The notes below the pieces were generated by a model. That model had not been told where the DNA came from. It searched no databases and saw only the letters and a program-made list of their open reading frames with translations. The translations under genes were made by a program, and so were the position numbers. Shown piece after piece: positions 38,494 to 49,638 of a DNA stretch of 64,000 nt; within the stretch, counting starts at the first letter, position 1, and each line of letters begins with the position of its first letter. The stretch covers positions 8,972-72,971 of the forward strand of contig JANYIM010000183.1 of the NCBI GenBank assembly GCA_025362055.1. The letters run 5' to 3'. The stretch is from Bacteroidota bacterium (GTDB taxonomy: Bacteria > Bacteroidota > Bacteroidia > Chitinophagales > Chitinophagaceae).

Positions 38494-40638
38494 CTATTGG
38501 TGCTCTTTTAATGAATCCCTTATTCCCCCTTTCTTTTTTTCTTCAGGCAATATGGCCTGTTGCTTATCTTTTAAGTTGGTATTACTGCTGTCTTTTTTAG
38601 GCTGTTTATTTGTTTCCTTATCTTTTTTGATCTTATCCAATGCATCTTCTTCATCCTGGTCATCCAGTCCTATCGTATCCTTTATGACATGTATATAGCC
38701 TTTTTCAATTAAGTACGCCGAATCTTTTGAGTGCATCAGCGAGTCCTGCCGGTTCAGCTCCCTGAATATCCGCGGTGGTATTAAATTCAATTTCGAAAGC
38801 TGCTCGATCTTTGCCAAACGCCTTTCGTCTGTGATCGAGTCCTTTAAATATTTTTCGATCATCAATCCAACTATCGGTGCCGCATAAGTGCCACCAAAAC
38901 GTCCGCTGTTCTCCACTACGCACATGATCGCAATCTTTGGATTTTCCCTTGGAGCAAAGCCACAGAAAAATGCGTGGTTGGGTTGCTTAACACCCCTGTA
39001 ATAATTTTCAACCGTACCCGTTTTGCCACAGATGGTGATCCCCGCAACTTTTGCCGCACCGCCTGTTCCCCTATCAACCACATTCTGCATGCCATCATGC
39101 ACTACTTCAAATACACTATCAGGAATATCAATGGTACTGTTCTTCTCTTTGAATTTCGACAACATATCATATTTATCGCCGCCTTCAATGGAATCTATTA
39201 AATGCGGGATCTTATACCAGCCCTTATTGGCAATGTAGGCCATTTCATTCGCAACCTGGATGGGCGTAACATCCACTTCCCCCTGTCCGATACTTACAGA
39301 ACGGAAATTGCAATAACCCCATTTACCCGGACCATAGACCTTTGGATTATTGAAGTATGCGGGCGTTGGTATCGTCCCTCTTTTTTCTGAAGGCACATCA
39401 ACCCCTAATTTATGCCCCAGCCCAAATGCATACATGTACCGGTCCCAGGCTGCCAGGCTACTGTCTACATTCGGGTATTTTGGATTATTAATGACCCTTT
39501 GCATAACCGTAGCGAAATAAGTATTATCCGATACCGTTATGGCACCTCGCAGATCAAAGGTTCCACGGTCAAGGCATTTCATTGGATTACCGCCACCGCA
39601 ACCATAAAAAGCACCTGAGCATGAAACGGTGAAATGGGTATTGATCACTCCTTCATGTAATGCTACCAATGCCTGTAATGTTTTAAAGGTAGAACCCGGC
39701 GAATAACTTGCACCAACCGATCTGTTCAATAATGGCAAAGCAGGATTCAATAATAATTCTGCAATATGCTTTTTTCTTTCTGCACCCGTTAATAGTTTAG
39801 GTTTAAAAGTTGGACTGCTCACCATGGCCAGTATACCCCCCGTTTTTGGATCTATAGCTACGATGGATCCCAGTTTATTCTCCATTAATTTTTCTCCCAG
39901 CGCCTGCAATTCAATATCAATGGAGGAATGCATGTTTTGGCCTGCAATGGCGATCGTATCATATTTTCCATTCTCAATGCGTTCTGTAAGGCGGTTCTTA
40001 TTATCTCTTTTCCATAATTCAATACCCCGTTGGCCCATCAATACTTTTTCATAACTCTTTTCTAATCCTACTTTACCAATATAATCACCAATAAGGTATC
40101 CTTCATATTTTGGATTCTTTAAAACATTGGAATCTACTTCCCCCAGGTAACCAAGGATATTACCGCCGGCATCAAAAGGATAATCCCTGATGGAACGTTC
40201 CTGCAGGTAATAACCGGGCGCAAATTTGAACATGTTCTCCTGGAACTTTGCCATTTTTTCATTGCTCAGCAAGGCTTCAAAAACAGAAGGGCGAAAGCTT
40301 TTATTTTTTACAATCGCATTGACGATACGTTTTTTGAATTCCGCAGTATCGATATTCAGGATATTACACAAAGCCGTGGTGTCGGTACCTTTTATCTTCC
40401 CGGGAATCACCATCAGGTCATAAATGGTGGTATTTTGTAAGATGGCTTTTCCTTTACGATCGTATACAATACCCCGATCAGGATAGATCACTTTCCGGAA
40501 TGTACCCTGGTCATCTGCCTGTATCCTGTATTTAGAGGAAAATAGCTGTAGATTGGCCAGTTGTATAATAATAACGAGAAACATGCCAATGAAGACAAGC
40601 ATGATCACATTTTTTCTAGACTGGTTAAATACGGACAC
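38494..40638 (-). CDS. mrdA: Penicillin-binding protein 2
   Basis: PDRGIVYDR, STFK (SxxK), SDN (SxN), KTGT; mre operon context. Confidence 0.95.
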   Translation of the reverse strand: MSVFNQSRKNVIMLVFIGMFLVIIIQLANLQLFSSKYRIQADDQGTFRKVIYPDRGIVYDRKGKAILQNTTIYDLMVIPGKIKGTDTTALCNILNIDTAEFKKRIVNAIVKNKSFRPSVFEALLSNEKMAKFQENMFKFAPGYYLQERSIRDYPFDAGGNILGYLGEVDSNVLKNPKYEGYLIGDYIGKVGLEKSYEKVLMGQRGIELWKRDNKNRLTERIENGKYDTIAIAGQNMHSSIDIELQALGEKLMENKLGSIVAIDPKTGGILAMVSSPTFKPKLLTGAERKKHIAELLLNPALPLLNRSVGASYSPGSTFKTLQALVALHEGVINTHFTVSCSGAFYGCGGGNPMKCLDRGTFDLRGAITVSDNTYFATVMQRVINNPKYPNVDSSLAAWDRYMYAFGLGHKLGVDVPSEKRGTIPTPAYFNNPKVYGPGKWGYCNFRSVSIGQGEVDVTPIQVANEMAYIANKGWYKIPHLIDSIEGGDKYDMLSKFKEKNSTIDIPDSVFEVVHDGMQNVVDRGTGGAAKVAGITICGKTGTVENYYRGVKQPNHAFFCGFAPRENPKIAIMCVVENSGRFGGTYAAPIVGLMIEKYLKDSITDERRLAKIEQLSKLNLIPPRIFRELNRQDSLMHSKDSAYLIEKGYIHVIKDTIGLDDQDEEDALDKIKKDKETNKQPKKDSSNTNLKDKQQAILPEEKKKGGIRDSLKEHQ

Positions 40639-40682
40639 TGGTTAGTTGAGCGTTAAAAGTTATGAGTTTATAGTTGTTCGCA

Positions 40683-41216
40683 CTAGATGGTATTCGTTTT
40701 AAATTTTTGTTTTCGCACAAATAATAATTCCGTGATAATGATCAATACCATGCTCACTGCTGTTGACAATAACGTTTTCACCAAAAAATACCAGATGTTC
40801 CCGAACTGCCAGGCTTCCAGTAAGAACAACCAGGCATGATGAACAAAGGTAAGCACGCCACTGAAGACAAGATAGGGGATCATGCCGCCCATACTTTTAA
40901 TAGATGGTTCTTCATAATTGGTATCAGCACCTTCCTGTGGAATTAAAAGATTGATCAGGAAAGGTCGCAGGTAAGCGATCAGCACACAAGCTGCAGTATG
41001 AAAGCCCGGATGATGCCTGAAACTGTCCATCGCAAATCCCAACATAAATGCGATCAGCATTTGCCAGGTGCGCCCCATCCGGAAGGGTAGCCATAAAATA
41101 AAAAGGAAATAAATATAGGGTGTTATCATCTGGTGCAGGTGTATCCTGTCCAGTACAAAAACCTGTACCAGGATGAAGAATGCAAAGCGGATGATATTTT
41201 TAACTAAGGTGCTCAT
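40683..41216 (-). CDS. mreD: Rod shape-determining protein MreD
   Basis: Hydrophobic multi-TM protein between mreC and mrdA. Confidence 0.9.
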   Translation of the reverse strand: MSTLVKNIIRFAFFILVQVFVLDRIHLHQMITPYIYFLFILWLPFRMGRTWQMLIAFMLGFAMDSFRHHPGFHTAACVLIAYLRPFLINLLIPQEGADTNYEEPSIKSMGGMIPYLVFSGVLTFVHHAWLFLLEAWQFGNIWYFLVKTLLSTAVSMVLIIITELLFVRKQKFKTNTI

Positions 41217-41230
41217 TCAAAAAATTACGC

Positions 41231-42088
41231 TTACTGGGTTTGTTTTTTTGCTTTGTCCAGTAATTTATTGATGTCTTCTGCTTGTTTATTTTCGATAGCA
41301 TATACAAATTCAAGACTATAAAAATTTGCTGCCGACCTTAACTTCAGTAAATAATTATTGGTACTTTTTTCAGCGATGATCTCGTCTACGTAACCGATCA
41401 GCATCCCTTTAGGAAAGCTGGTACTGAACCCACTTGTAATGATGGTATCGCCCCTGGCCACTTTGGCGCTTTTGGGTATGCCTGAGAGTGTGACAATATT
41501 GGGTGTTTTACCATCCCAACTGAGTGTACCGGTTTCGCCGCCATGCATTAGTTTGCCGCTGATATGACTGTCTTTGTGCAAAAGGCTCATCACTACTGCA
41601 TAGTCTTTGCTAACATCTGTAATGATGCCCACTACGCCGGTATTGGGATCAATGATACCCATTCCTTCTGTAAGGTTTTGTGCGGTGCCCCTTCCCAATA
41701 CAATGAAATTATTTTGTGCAACAACAGAATTTGCCACCACTTTGGCATTGAAATAATTATACTTCCTGAAATGTTCAAGTGAATCAACCCGGATGGAGTC
41801 GATCAATGTTTTAGTGGTGGTATCCGGCAATTCAAAATCTGCTTTTAGTTTATTGTACAGGTTCTCATTTGCCTTAACAAGTGAGTCGTTTGTTTTTTTT
41901 AACTGGAAATAATATTCCACCTTATTGTATTGTGCATTTATTTTACCCGTTAACTGGTTAACTGTTGAGCTAAACATTGCTTTATGGTACAAACTGTAAT
42001 GAACAATTAAATAAATACTGAATCCCTGCAGCAACAGGAAAAAGAGAAAGTTGAAATAGCGGCGGATGAAGAGAAAGATATTACGCAC
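41231..42088 (-). CDS. mreC: Rod shape-determining protein MreC
   Basis: AKVVANS, GVVG, GDTIITSG..FPKG motifs. Confidence 0.95.
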   Translation of the reverse strand: MRNIFLFIRRYFNFLFFLLLQGFSIYLIVHYSLYHKAMFSSTVNQLTGKINAQYNKVEYYFQLKKTNDSLVKANENLYNKLKADFELPDTTTKTLIDSIRVDSLEHFRKYNYFNAKVVANSVVAQNNFIVLGRGTAQNLTEGMGIIDPNTGVVGIITDVSKDYAVVMSLLHKDSHISGKLMHGGETGTLSWDGKTPNIVTLSGIPKSAKVARGDTIITSGFSTSFPKGMLIGYVDEIIAEKSTNNYLLKLRSAANFYSLEFVYAIENKQAEDINKLLDKAKKQTQ

Positions 42089-42188
42089 CGGGGGAAGAGT
42101 TAATAGTTATTAGTTGGTAGTTGATAGCCATTTGTCAACTCCCGACCTGCCTATTGGACAGGCTGGCTACCGACTTGCGACTATCTGA

Positions 42189-43214
42189 TTAGCGCATTAC
42201 AAATGGATACCTGTCATAATGCTTCAGTGCAATACCGGTACCGCGAACCACGCTTTTAAGCGGATCATCTGCAACATGCACCGGTAATTTGATCTTTGCA
42301 TTGAGTCTTTTATCCAAACCCCTCAACAATGCACCACCACCGGTAATGTATAAACCACGGCGATAAATATCGGAAGCCAGTTCGGGTGGAGTAGTTTCAA
42401 GCGCTTTTAAAATGGCCTCTTCAATTTTAAAGATACTTTTATCCAGTGCTTCGGCCACTTCCTGGTAGCTTACCATTACCTGTTTTGGAATGCCGGTTAC
42501 CAGGTCACGTCCGTTTACCGGGATATCATCGGGTGGATTATCAAGGTCTTTCATTGCGGCTCCTACCTGGATCTTTATTTGTTCGGCAGTTCTTTCGCCG
42601 ATCAGTAAACTGTGATAACGACGCAAAGCTTCCATGATGTCGGCTGTGAATTCATCACCCGCAATACGAATACTTTGATCGCAAACGATACCTGCAAGGG
42701 CAATTACGGTGATGCCCGTGGTACCGCCTCCGATATCAATGATCATATTTCCCACCGGCTCTTCCACGTCGATACCTATACCCAAGGCTGCTGCCATGGG
42801 TTCATGGATCAGGTAAACCTCTTTGGCACCGGCCTGTTCGGCGCTATCCCTTACGGCACGTTTCTCTACTTCGGTAATGCTGCTGGGAATGCAGATCATC
42901 ATCCGCCAACTTGGGGCAAAGAGTGGCTTTTTGGGATAGATCATTTTTATCATCTCCCGTATCATCAGCTCTGCAGCATTGAAATCGGCTATCACGCCAT
43001 CTTTTAGCGGCCGAACGGTTCTGATGCTTTCGTGGGTTTTTTCATGCATCATCAATGCCTTTTTGCCCACGGCTAAAATATTTTTTGGATTATTCCGGTC
43101 GAGCGCTACGATCGACGGTTCATTGACCACTACTTCATCGTTATGTATAATGAGGGTATTTGCAGTACCGAGGTCTATCGCGATTTCCTGTGTAAAAAAG
43201 TTAAAAAGGCCCAT
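42189..43214 (-). CDS. mreB: Rod shape-determining protein MreB
   Basis: IDLGTANT, RPLKDGVIADF, EPMAAA, DIGGGTT, TGGGALL motifs; start MGLFNF. Confidence 0.97.
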   Translation of the reverse strand: MGLFNFFTQEIAIDLGTANTLIIHNDEVVVNEPSIVALDRNNPKNILAVGKKALMMHEKTHESIRTVRPLKDGVIADFNAAELMIREMIKMIYPKKPLFAPSWRMMICIPSSITEVEKRAVRDSAEQAGAKEVYLIHEPMAAALGIGIDVEEPVGNMIIDIGGGTTGITVIALAGIVCDQSIRIAGDEFTADIMEALRRYHSLLIGERTAEQIKIQVGAAMKDLDNPPDDIPVNGRDLVTGIPKQVMVSYQEVAEALDKSIFKIEEAILKALETTPPELASDIYRRGLYITGGGALLRGLDKRLNAKIKLPVHVADDPLKSVVRGTGIALKHYDRYPFVMR

Positions 43215-43504
43215 ATTTAAAAGTGTAACGGCATTGTAATTAATGTGAGCAAAGTTGGTGGAAATTATTTGAATTAACAACGGCAAACTCTTTATTTTTC
43301 AACATTTTATGGAAAATTTATCAATGCCTGGATTTGGGAAAAGAGGGGCTTTTACAGGGTTTTACTAAATTTATTAGTTCCGGTATTACGCATTATGCAG
43401 CGGTGCGAATAAATTTCGTATACCCGGTAATGTTAGTTATACCATCGTGAATGGAAGGTTGGGCGTAAAAGAAAATTATCACAACTGTAAAAAGTGGCGT
43501 TCAC

Positions 43505-44785
43505 TTACCTGAACTCATACCCGATATCGGTCCTGAAATATATGTCGTCGAAATACAGTTGTTCCAGCATGTAATTAGATTGTTCTGCAGCTTCTGCAAT
43601 GGTGTTGCCAAAAGAAGTTACTGTTAATACCCTGCCTCCGTTTGTTACAATGTGTTCTTCTTCGTGTTTTGTACCACACTGGAAAACAATACTGTCTTCC
43701 AAAATATTCCCTCCAAGGCCAAGGATCACTTTTCCTTTTTCATAGTCACCCGGATAACCACCGCTAACTGCCACCACGGTAGCCACCGACCGTTCATCAG
43801 TTTCTATTACAATTTCGTTTAACCGTTGCTGTGATGTTGCGATCAGTAATTGCACCAGGTCGTTTTTGATGCGGGGCATCACCGCTTCTGTTTCCGGGTC
43901 GCCCATCCGGCAATTGTATTCGATCACGCCGGGCTCTCCTTCATTGTTCATCAATCCAAAGAAAATAAAGCCTTTGTAAACGAGTTTGTCTTTTTTTAAT
44001 CCTGCAAGGGTTGGTTCAATGATCCTTTCTTTTACTTTCTGCAAAAAGGCATCGTCTGCAAAAGGAACAGGGCTTACTGCTCCCATACCACCGGTATTGA
44101 GCCCTGTGTCACCAATCCCGATCCGTTTATAATCTTTCGCTTCAGGAAGTAATACATAATTCTCACCATCGGTCAGTACAAAAACGCTTAGTTCTATGCC
44201 AGTTAAAAATTCCTCTACAACTACCCTCTTCCCGGCTTCGCCGAATTTGGCACGATGTATCATCAATTCATATTCAGATAATGCTTCCAGGTGATTCTGA
44301 CAAATGATCACGCCTTTTCCTGCAGCAAGGCCATCCGCTTTTAATACTATCGGTAACGCGTGCCCTTTTATGTAATCAATGCCTTTTGCATAATTATCAA
44401 CAGTAAATTCCTGGTAAGCAGCCGTTGGTACCTGGTGCCGGTGCATAAAGGCCTTTGCAAATGCCTTGCTGCCTTCCAGTTGTGCCGCTGCTTGTGACGG
44501 GCCGATCACTCCGATTTTTTGTGTGTCCTTTCGATTCTTAAAAAAATCATAGATACCTTTCACAAGTGGTTCTTCTGGCCCAACCAAAACAATACCGATG
44601 TTTTGTTCAACACAGAGTGCTGCCAATGATTCAAAATCTGTTGTTGCAATTGCCACATTCGTACCAAGGGAGGAAGTGCCTGCATTACCCGGCGCAATAA
44701 ATAACTGGCTGCAAAGATCACTTTGTTTTATCTTCCAGGCGAATGCATGTTCTCTTCCGCCCGAGCCAATTAAAAGTATGTTCAT
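43505..44785 (-). CDS. purD: Phosphoribosylamine--glycine ligase
   Basis: GSGGREHA, LEGSKAFAK, KADGLAAGKGV, NTGGMG, EYNCRMGDPE motifs. Confidence 0.97.
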   Translation of the reverse strand: MNILLIGSGGREHAFAWKIKQSDLCSQLFIAPGNAGTSSLGTNVAIATTDFESLAALCVEQNIGIVLVGPEEPLVKGIYDFFKNRKDTQKIGVIGPSQAAAQLEGSKAFAKAFMHRHQVPTAAYQEFTVDNYAKGIDYIKGHALPIVLKADGLAAGKGVIICQNHLEALSEYELMIHRAKFGEAGKRVVVEEFLTGIELSVFVLTDGENYVLLPEAKDYKRIGIGDTGLNTGGMGAVSPVPFADDAFLQKVKERIIEPTLAGLKKDKLVYKGFIFFGLMNNEGEPGVIEYNCRMGDPETEAVMPRIKNDLVQLLIATSQQRLNEIVIETDERSVATVVAVSGGYPGDYEKGKVILGLGGNILEDSIVFQCGTKHEEEHIVTNGGRVLTVTSFGNTIAEAAEQSNYMLEQLYFDDIYFRTDIGYEFR

Positions 44786-44998
44786 CTGTAAATGGGGTTA
44801 GAAATTAGTAAGCTCCGGTCCACGAATTTAAAGTTCTCCCCGTTTATTTTCCACATTATTTTTACAAACGGCGTTTACATATACCTTTTTCTTAACGTAT
44901 CTTTTTAAAATTGGTCTGCCGATTTTGGCATTACTAAAGAGAATTTCACTATTTTGAGATATTAAAACCAAACAAACAAGCACTTAAAACTATTACAC

Positions 44999-46531
44999 AT
45001 GAGTGATCAAGTAATCAAAAAAGGGCATCCAAAAGGATTATACGTACTATTTGCCACAGAATTCTGGGAAAGATTCAGCTACTATGGCATGAGAGCCATC
45101 TTTGTACTTTTTATGACAGACAAGCTCTTGTTTGACAAGGCTTACGCCTCCAATATTTATGGTAGTTATACAGGCCTGGTTTACTTAACACCATTGATCG
45201 GGGGGTATGTAGCAGACCGTTATTGGGGTAACCGTAAATCTATTTTTGTTGGTGGAATATTAATGGCTGCAGGCCAGTTCTTACTTTTTAGTTGCGCTTC
45301 GCTTGCATCAGGATCTGCAATGGCTACTACTTTATTGTGGACAGGGTTGGGTTTCCTGATCTTCGGAAACGGTTTTTTTAAACCCAATATTTCAACAATG
45401 GTGGGACAATTGTACCCAGAGGGTGATAACAGCAAAAAAGATTCTGCTTATACTATATTTTACATGGGTATTAATGCTGGTGCTTTTCTAGCACCGCTGG
45501 TTTGCGGATACCTTGGAGAAAACGTGGATTTCAAATGGGGTTTCTTTTCTGCAGGTGTGGGTATGCTCATCAGCCTTGTTATCTTTTATTTTACCAAAGA
45601 CAAATATGTAGTTTCTGCCACAGGTGTTCCATTAGGTGTTGAACCTAATAAACTCAAGGACGTTGCTGTTTCGGAAACAGGTAAATCCGGCTTCAGCGCT
45701 ACGCAGATCATTACCTTGTTATGTTGCATTGCAGGTGCTTTTTCATTGATACACTTTGTTCTTAAAGTTGATTTCTGGGGTTCTGCCATCTATGGAATGA
45801 CTTTATGTTTGCCCTTTGCGATCCTTACAGACCGCTCCCTTACAAAAATTGAAAAAGACAGGTTATGGGTAGTGGTTATTATCATGCTCTTCGTTATTTT
45901 CTTCTGGATGTGTTTTGAACAGGCCGGAGCCTCCTTAACATTTTTTGCAGATGAACAAACTAACCGTACTGTTTTCGGGTGGCAAATGCCCGCCAGTTAT
46001 TTTCAGAGTTTTAATGCCGGCTTTATTGTTATACTTGCTCCTGTCTTTGCGATGTTATGGGGCAAGCTTGCGAAAAAAGGATTTGAACCACCAGCACCAA
46101 TGAAACAAGCTATGGGCCTGGGTTTCCTTGCCCTTGGTTTCCTATTCATTGGATTTGGCACTACAGGCGATCCATTGGTAAAAGTGAGTATCCTATGGCT
46201 CACTGGCCTTTATTTTTTACACACGGTGGGTGAATTATTTTTAAGCCCAATTGGTTTATCAATGGTAAATAAGCTGGCGCCCGGGCGATTTACATCCTTA
46301 ATGATGGGAATATGGTTCATGGCTATCGCTACCGGTAATAAACTGGCAGGAACCATGAGTTCTCTTTATCCCGATCCTAAATCTACAGCGCCGCACCCGG
46401 TATTCCTGGGTATTACTATTGATAACCTTCATACTTATTTTATGATATTTGTAGGTTTCTCCGGCGTTGCCGCAGTAATACTTTTTATCCTCTCTTTTAA
46501 ATTAAGGAAAATGATGCACGGCATCAAGTAG
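44999..46531 (+). CDS. Proton-dependent oligopeptide transporter (POT family, MFS)
   Basis: EFWERFSYYGMR, GGYVADR, FKPNIS, FYMGINAG, GELFLSP motifs. Confidence 0.94.
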   Translation: MSDQVIKKGHPKGLYVLFATEFWERFSYYGMRAIFVLFMTDKLLFDKAYASNIYGSYTGLVYLTPLIGGYVADRYWGNRKSIFVGGILMAAGQFLLFSCASLASGSAMATTLLWTGLGFLIFGNGFFKPNISTMVGQLYPEGDNSKKDSAYTIFYMGINAGAFLAPLVCGYLGENVDFKWGFFSAGVGMLISLVIFYFTKDKYVVSATGVPLGVEPNKLKDVAVSETGKSGFSATQIITLLCCIAGAFSLIHFVLKVDFWGSAIYGMTLCLPFAILTDRSLTKIEKDRLWVVVIIMLFVIFFWMCFEQAGASLTFFADEQTNRTVFGWQMPASYFQSFNAGFIVILAPVFAMLWGKLAKKGFEPPAPMKQAMGLGFLALGFLFIGFGTTGDPLVKVSILWLTGLYFLHTVGELFLSPIGLSMVNKLAPGRFTSLMMGIWFMAIATGNKLAGTMSSLYPDPKSTAPHPVFLGITIDNLHTYFMIFVGFSGVAAVILFILSFKLRKMMHGIK

Positions 46532-46549
46532 TTGTATTATAAGTGAATT

Positions 46550-46584
46550 ATAAAAGGGCTGTTCTTACCGAACAGCCCTTTTAT
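46550..46584. terminator. Bidirectional intrinsic terminator
   Basis: ATAAAAGGGCTGTT / AACAGCCCTTTTAT between convergent genes. Confidence 0.9.
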
Positions 46585-46616
46585 TTTATAAAGGCCACCG
46601 TGGTTTTAAAATCATT

Positions 46617-47810
46617 CTATATAAAATTCAAATGATCAAATTGTTTACCCAGTATCGTTTTATCATCTGCACCCAGCCATTTGTTTAACACCGTGGCATA
46701 CACGCTTTTAAAATCTACCTTGTATTTCAGGTCACCATCGCCCAGGTCGGCAAGGTCGGGCATGGCATTTAACACCCCCTTTTCTTTCAGCCCTCCGCTG
46801 ATGAAGAACATATTGTTGGCCGTGCCATGATCGGTTCCGCCACTTGCATTTTGTGAAACCCGTCTGCCAAATTCGGAGAAGGTCATCATCATCACATCCT
46901 GGAAACGGTTGTTCTTTTTCAGATCGGCAGTAAAAGCTTTTACCGCATCATTCAGTTCAGTGAACAGGCGTTTCTGCTGGTTGTCCTGGTTCACGTGTGT
47001 ATCAAAACTTCCCAGGCTTACATAATATACCTTGGTATTGATATCAGAAAAGATCAGTGATGCGATCGTCTTCAGGTCTTTTCCCAATTCGGTACCGGGA
47101 TAAGTTTCAGCGGAAGGATGCGCCTTGCTTTGTTGGTAAATATATTCAGCACTGCTGAGTGTTTCACTCATGGTCTTGTATAAATAATCAATGGTCTCCT
47201 CTCCTTTCTGGTGATCACTGTCAATGTCCTTAAAATATTTTCCGGTTGCGCTGTTGAATAAACGCTTGGGATCTTTAAAAGCTAGGCCTTTGCTCTCTTC
47301 TCCTTTCAACGCCATACTCAGCACATCATCCATTTCCATTGCCTGCGTTGGCTTATCACATCCCTTGCATTGCGCATCCAGGTAGCGGCCCAGCCAGCCC
47401 GTGTACACGTACTCGTTACTTGCACTGGCGCTTTGCCAGATATCCATGCTGCGAAAATGAGAACGATCGGGATTGGGATAACCAACACTGTTCATGATAG
47501 CAAGGCTTCCGTCGTCGTACAAACCCTTAAAAGCTTCCAATGCGGGGTTCAATCCTACCTCATCTGTTATCAGTAATGATTTATCCTTTTCAATTCCCAA
47601 CTTGGGCCGTTCCCTGTAATAAATATCATTTCGTACCGGGATCACGGTATTCAATCCATCATTGCCTCCACTGAATTGAATGACCACTACCACTTTATTG
47701 CCCGGTGGCACCATCATTGGTTTTTCAAACGCCTTTAAGAACTTAGGCAGCATGAAGGAGGCTGTGGCAAGTGAGCCCACTTGTAGAAATTCTCTTCTTT
47801 TAATAACCAT
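46617..47810 (-). CDS. DUF1501 domain protein with a Tat signal
   Basis: KRREFLQ; GGNDGLN, RSHF, FDTH, SEFGR, GTDHG motifs. Confidence 0.9.
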   Translation of the reverse strand: MVIKRREFLQVGSLATASFMLPKFLKAFEKPMMVPPGNKVVVVIQFSGGNDGLNTVIPVRNDIYYRERPKLGIEKDKSLLITDEVGLNPALEAFKGLYDDGSLAIMNSVGYPNPDRSHFRSMDIWQSASASNEYVYTGWLGRYLDAQCKGCDKPTQAMEMDDVLSMALKGEESKGLAFKDPKRLFNSATGKYFKDIDSDHQKGEETIDYLYKTMSETLSSAEYIYQQSKAHPSAETYPGTELGKDLKTIASLIFSDINTKVYYVSLGSFDTHVNQDNQQKRLFTELNDAVKAFTADLKKNNRFQDVMMMTFSEFGRRVSQNASGGTDHGTANNMFFISGGLKEKGVLNAMPDLADLGDGDLKYKVDFKSVYATVLNKWLGADDKTILGKQFDHLNFI

Positions 47811-47897
47811 AAAATAAATTTTGAATTTGAATTATGAATTATGAATGAAGGCAGTCTTGTTTTACCTGGTTCATAATCCTTAATTCATCATTTATAA

Positions 47898-49358
47898 TTA
47901 ACATAACTGGTATTCGGGTGTACTCATTAAATTTACGACAGCGCTCTTAATATAGTTTTCCCTGCTTTCGTTATTCAGGTATTTATCCAGTATTTTATTG
48001 CTCACCTGGCTTTTTGTTTGTAGCACAGTGGCGGAGATCTTTTGCAGTAAATTTTCTCTCGGCACTTTTTCAAATATTTTATTTACTGCGGTCCAGTCTA
48101 CCGTGGCGGTGCCGCCTTTAACTGTATCCTGCAATTTTTTCATATTGGCATCCATCATTTGTCCCATCGCTGCATCATCATCCGTTTTGGGGCGGATATC
48201 CAATGCTTCATTTGCGGTAATGATCTGTGGAATACGTAGCCGCAGCATCAAAGAGCTGCTATCGATCCAGTTCTTGCCGCCTGGCCATCCTGCCACATTG
48301 GGCGGGTAAAATAATATTTGCCCTAATGTGCGTTGAAATAATAATTGTGCCTGGTCATTTTGCATTTCCATTGGTAACAGCCTTCTGATACCAGCCAGCA
48401 ATTCAATGGGAGATTTTATCCTGGTACCGATATTTTTTTCATCATAAAACCAATCACTGGTATAAATATCTTCCAGTAATTTTTTAATGTCGTAATCATT
48501 TTTATAAAAGCGGTCACTTAGCCATTCTACTTTTGCATCATCCACCGTATCATTCACAAAATACCTATATATCTTTTTAGTGATGAACCTAGCGGTTTGT
48601 TTTTGTTGAAGCAGCAGGTTAATAATATCATCTCCTTCAAAATTCCCTGATTTGCCCAGCACCGTTTTGCTGCCGTCATCATGCAGGTTTCTCCTGAAAA
48701 CAAAATCACCCTGCAGGTTAAAACCCCAGCCTGTAAATGCTCTTGCGGCTTCCTTCACATCATTTTCGGTATAGTTTCCCCTGCCCATGGTAAAGAGTTC
48801 CATCACTTCACGGGCAAAGTTTTCATTGGGGTGTTGTTTTTTATTTTGCTGGTTATTTAAGAACTGCAGCATGGAAGGGCTTTTGCTTACTTCTTTTAAA
48901 AGGTCTTTAAAATTACCTAATGCATTCTCCCTTATCACCTGCAATAATTCCTGCTGGTAATAACTATTGATGACACGACAGGCAAAATGCCCATGCCAGA
49001 AGAGGCTCATTTTCTCTCTCAGTTGTGCTTCGCTATTGATCAATTCGCCCAGCCAGCGAAGGTTGAGGTTCTTAAGGTCTTCTCTTGATTGTTGCTGTAT
49101 CTGCTTTTTCTGATCGGCACTCAATTCCCTTTTTTGAAGGTTGGCCATATCGCTCACGTCTTTTATCCCTTTGAAGAAACCATCTACTAAATTCTGGGCC
49201 ACTTCAATTTTATCTGGCTTTTTAGCGGAGGTATTCAGCAAAAGCTCCCATAGTTTTTTTTGAGAGATATTATCAAGATCGGCAGCATTTTCGGCCATTG
49301 GGCCAAAAGCGGAGCGCCACAACAGGTGTTGATTTTTTAAACGATTGGATACAGCCAT
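47898..49358 (-). CDS. DUF1800 domain protein
   Basis: LREKMSLFWHGHF, PNENFAREVMELFT, PPNVAGW, PEYQL; paired with DUF1501. Confidence 0.9.
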   Translation of the reverse strand: MAVSNRLKNQHLLWRSAFGPMAENAADLDNISQKKLWELLLNTSAKKPDKIEVAQNLVDGFFKGIKDVSDMANLQKRELSADQKKQIQQQSREDLKNLNLRWLGELINSEAQLREKMSLFWHGHFACRVINSYYQQELLQVIRENALGNFKDLLKEVSKSPSMLQFLNNQQNKKQHPNENFAREVMELFTMGRGNYTENDVKEAARAFTGWGFNLQGDFVFRRNLHDDGSKTVLGKSGNFEGDDIINLLLQQKQTARFITKKIYRYFVNDTVDDAKVEWLSDRFYKNDYDIKKLLEDIYTSDWFYDEKNIGTRIKSPIELLAGIRRLLPMEMQNDQAQLLFQRTLGQILFYPPNVAGWPGGKNWIDSSSLMLRLRIPQIITANEALDIRPKTDDDAAMGQMMDANMKKLQDTVKGGTATVDWTAVNKIFEKVPRENLLQKISATVLQTKSQVSNKILDKYLNNESRENYIKSAVVNLMSTPEYQLC

Positions 49359-49638
49359 GGTGTATAGAAGATTTATAGATTGACCAATAGAACCGATGTA
49401 AGACCGGTTTTATAACGCAAAGTTTAATGTATTATTGATGAAAGGCCGGGCGGGTTATGCACAATGTAAAAATTTAACGTGATTTTGGCCTCTCCCCAAC
49501 CCTCTCCTGATGAGAGCGAGCACTTTACGTTTTTAATTATTGAAAGATCCCGTATTAAAGACATACTTGTCTGATGCGAATTACAGGCCATGGAACATCA
49601 ACTCCTTAACTTCTTCCCTTATTTAGTAATTTGCATAC

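Noticed and set aside
43290-43500. Long purD-mreB intergenic region as a tRNA or riboswitch
   Set aside because: No cloverleaf, recognisable aptamer or terminator seen.
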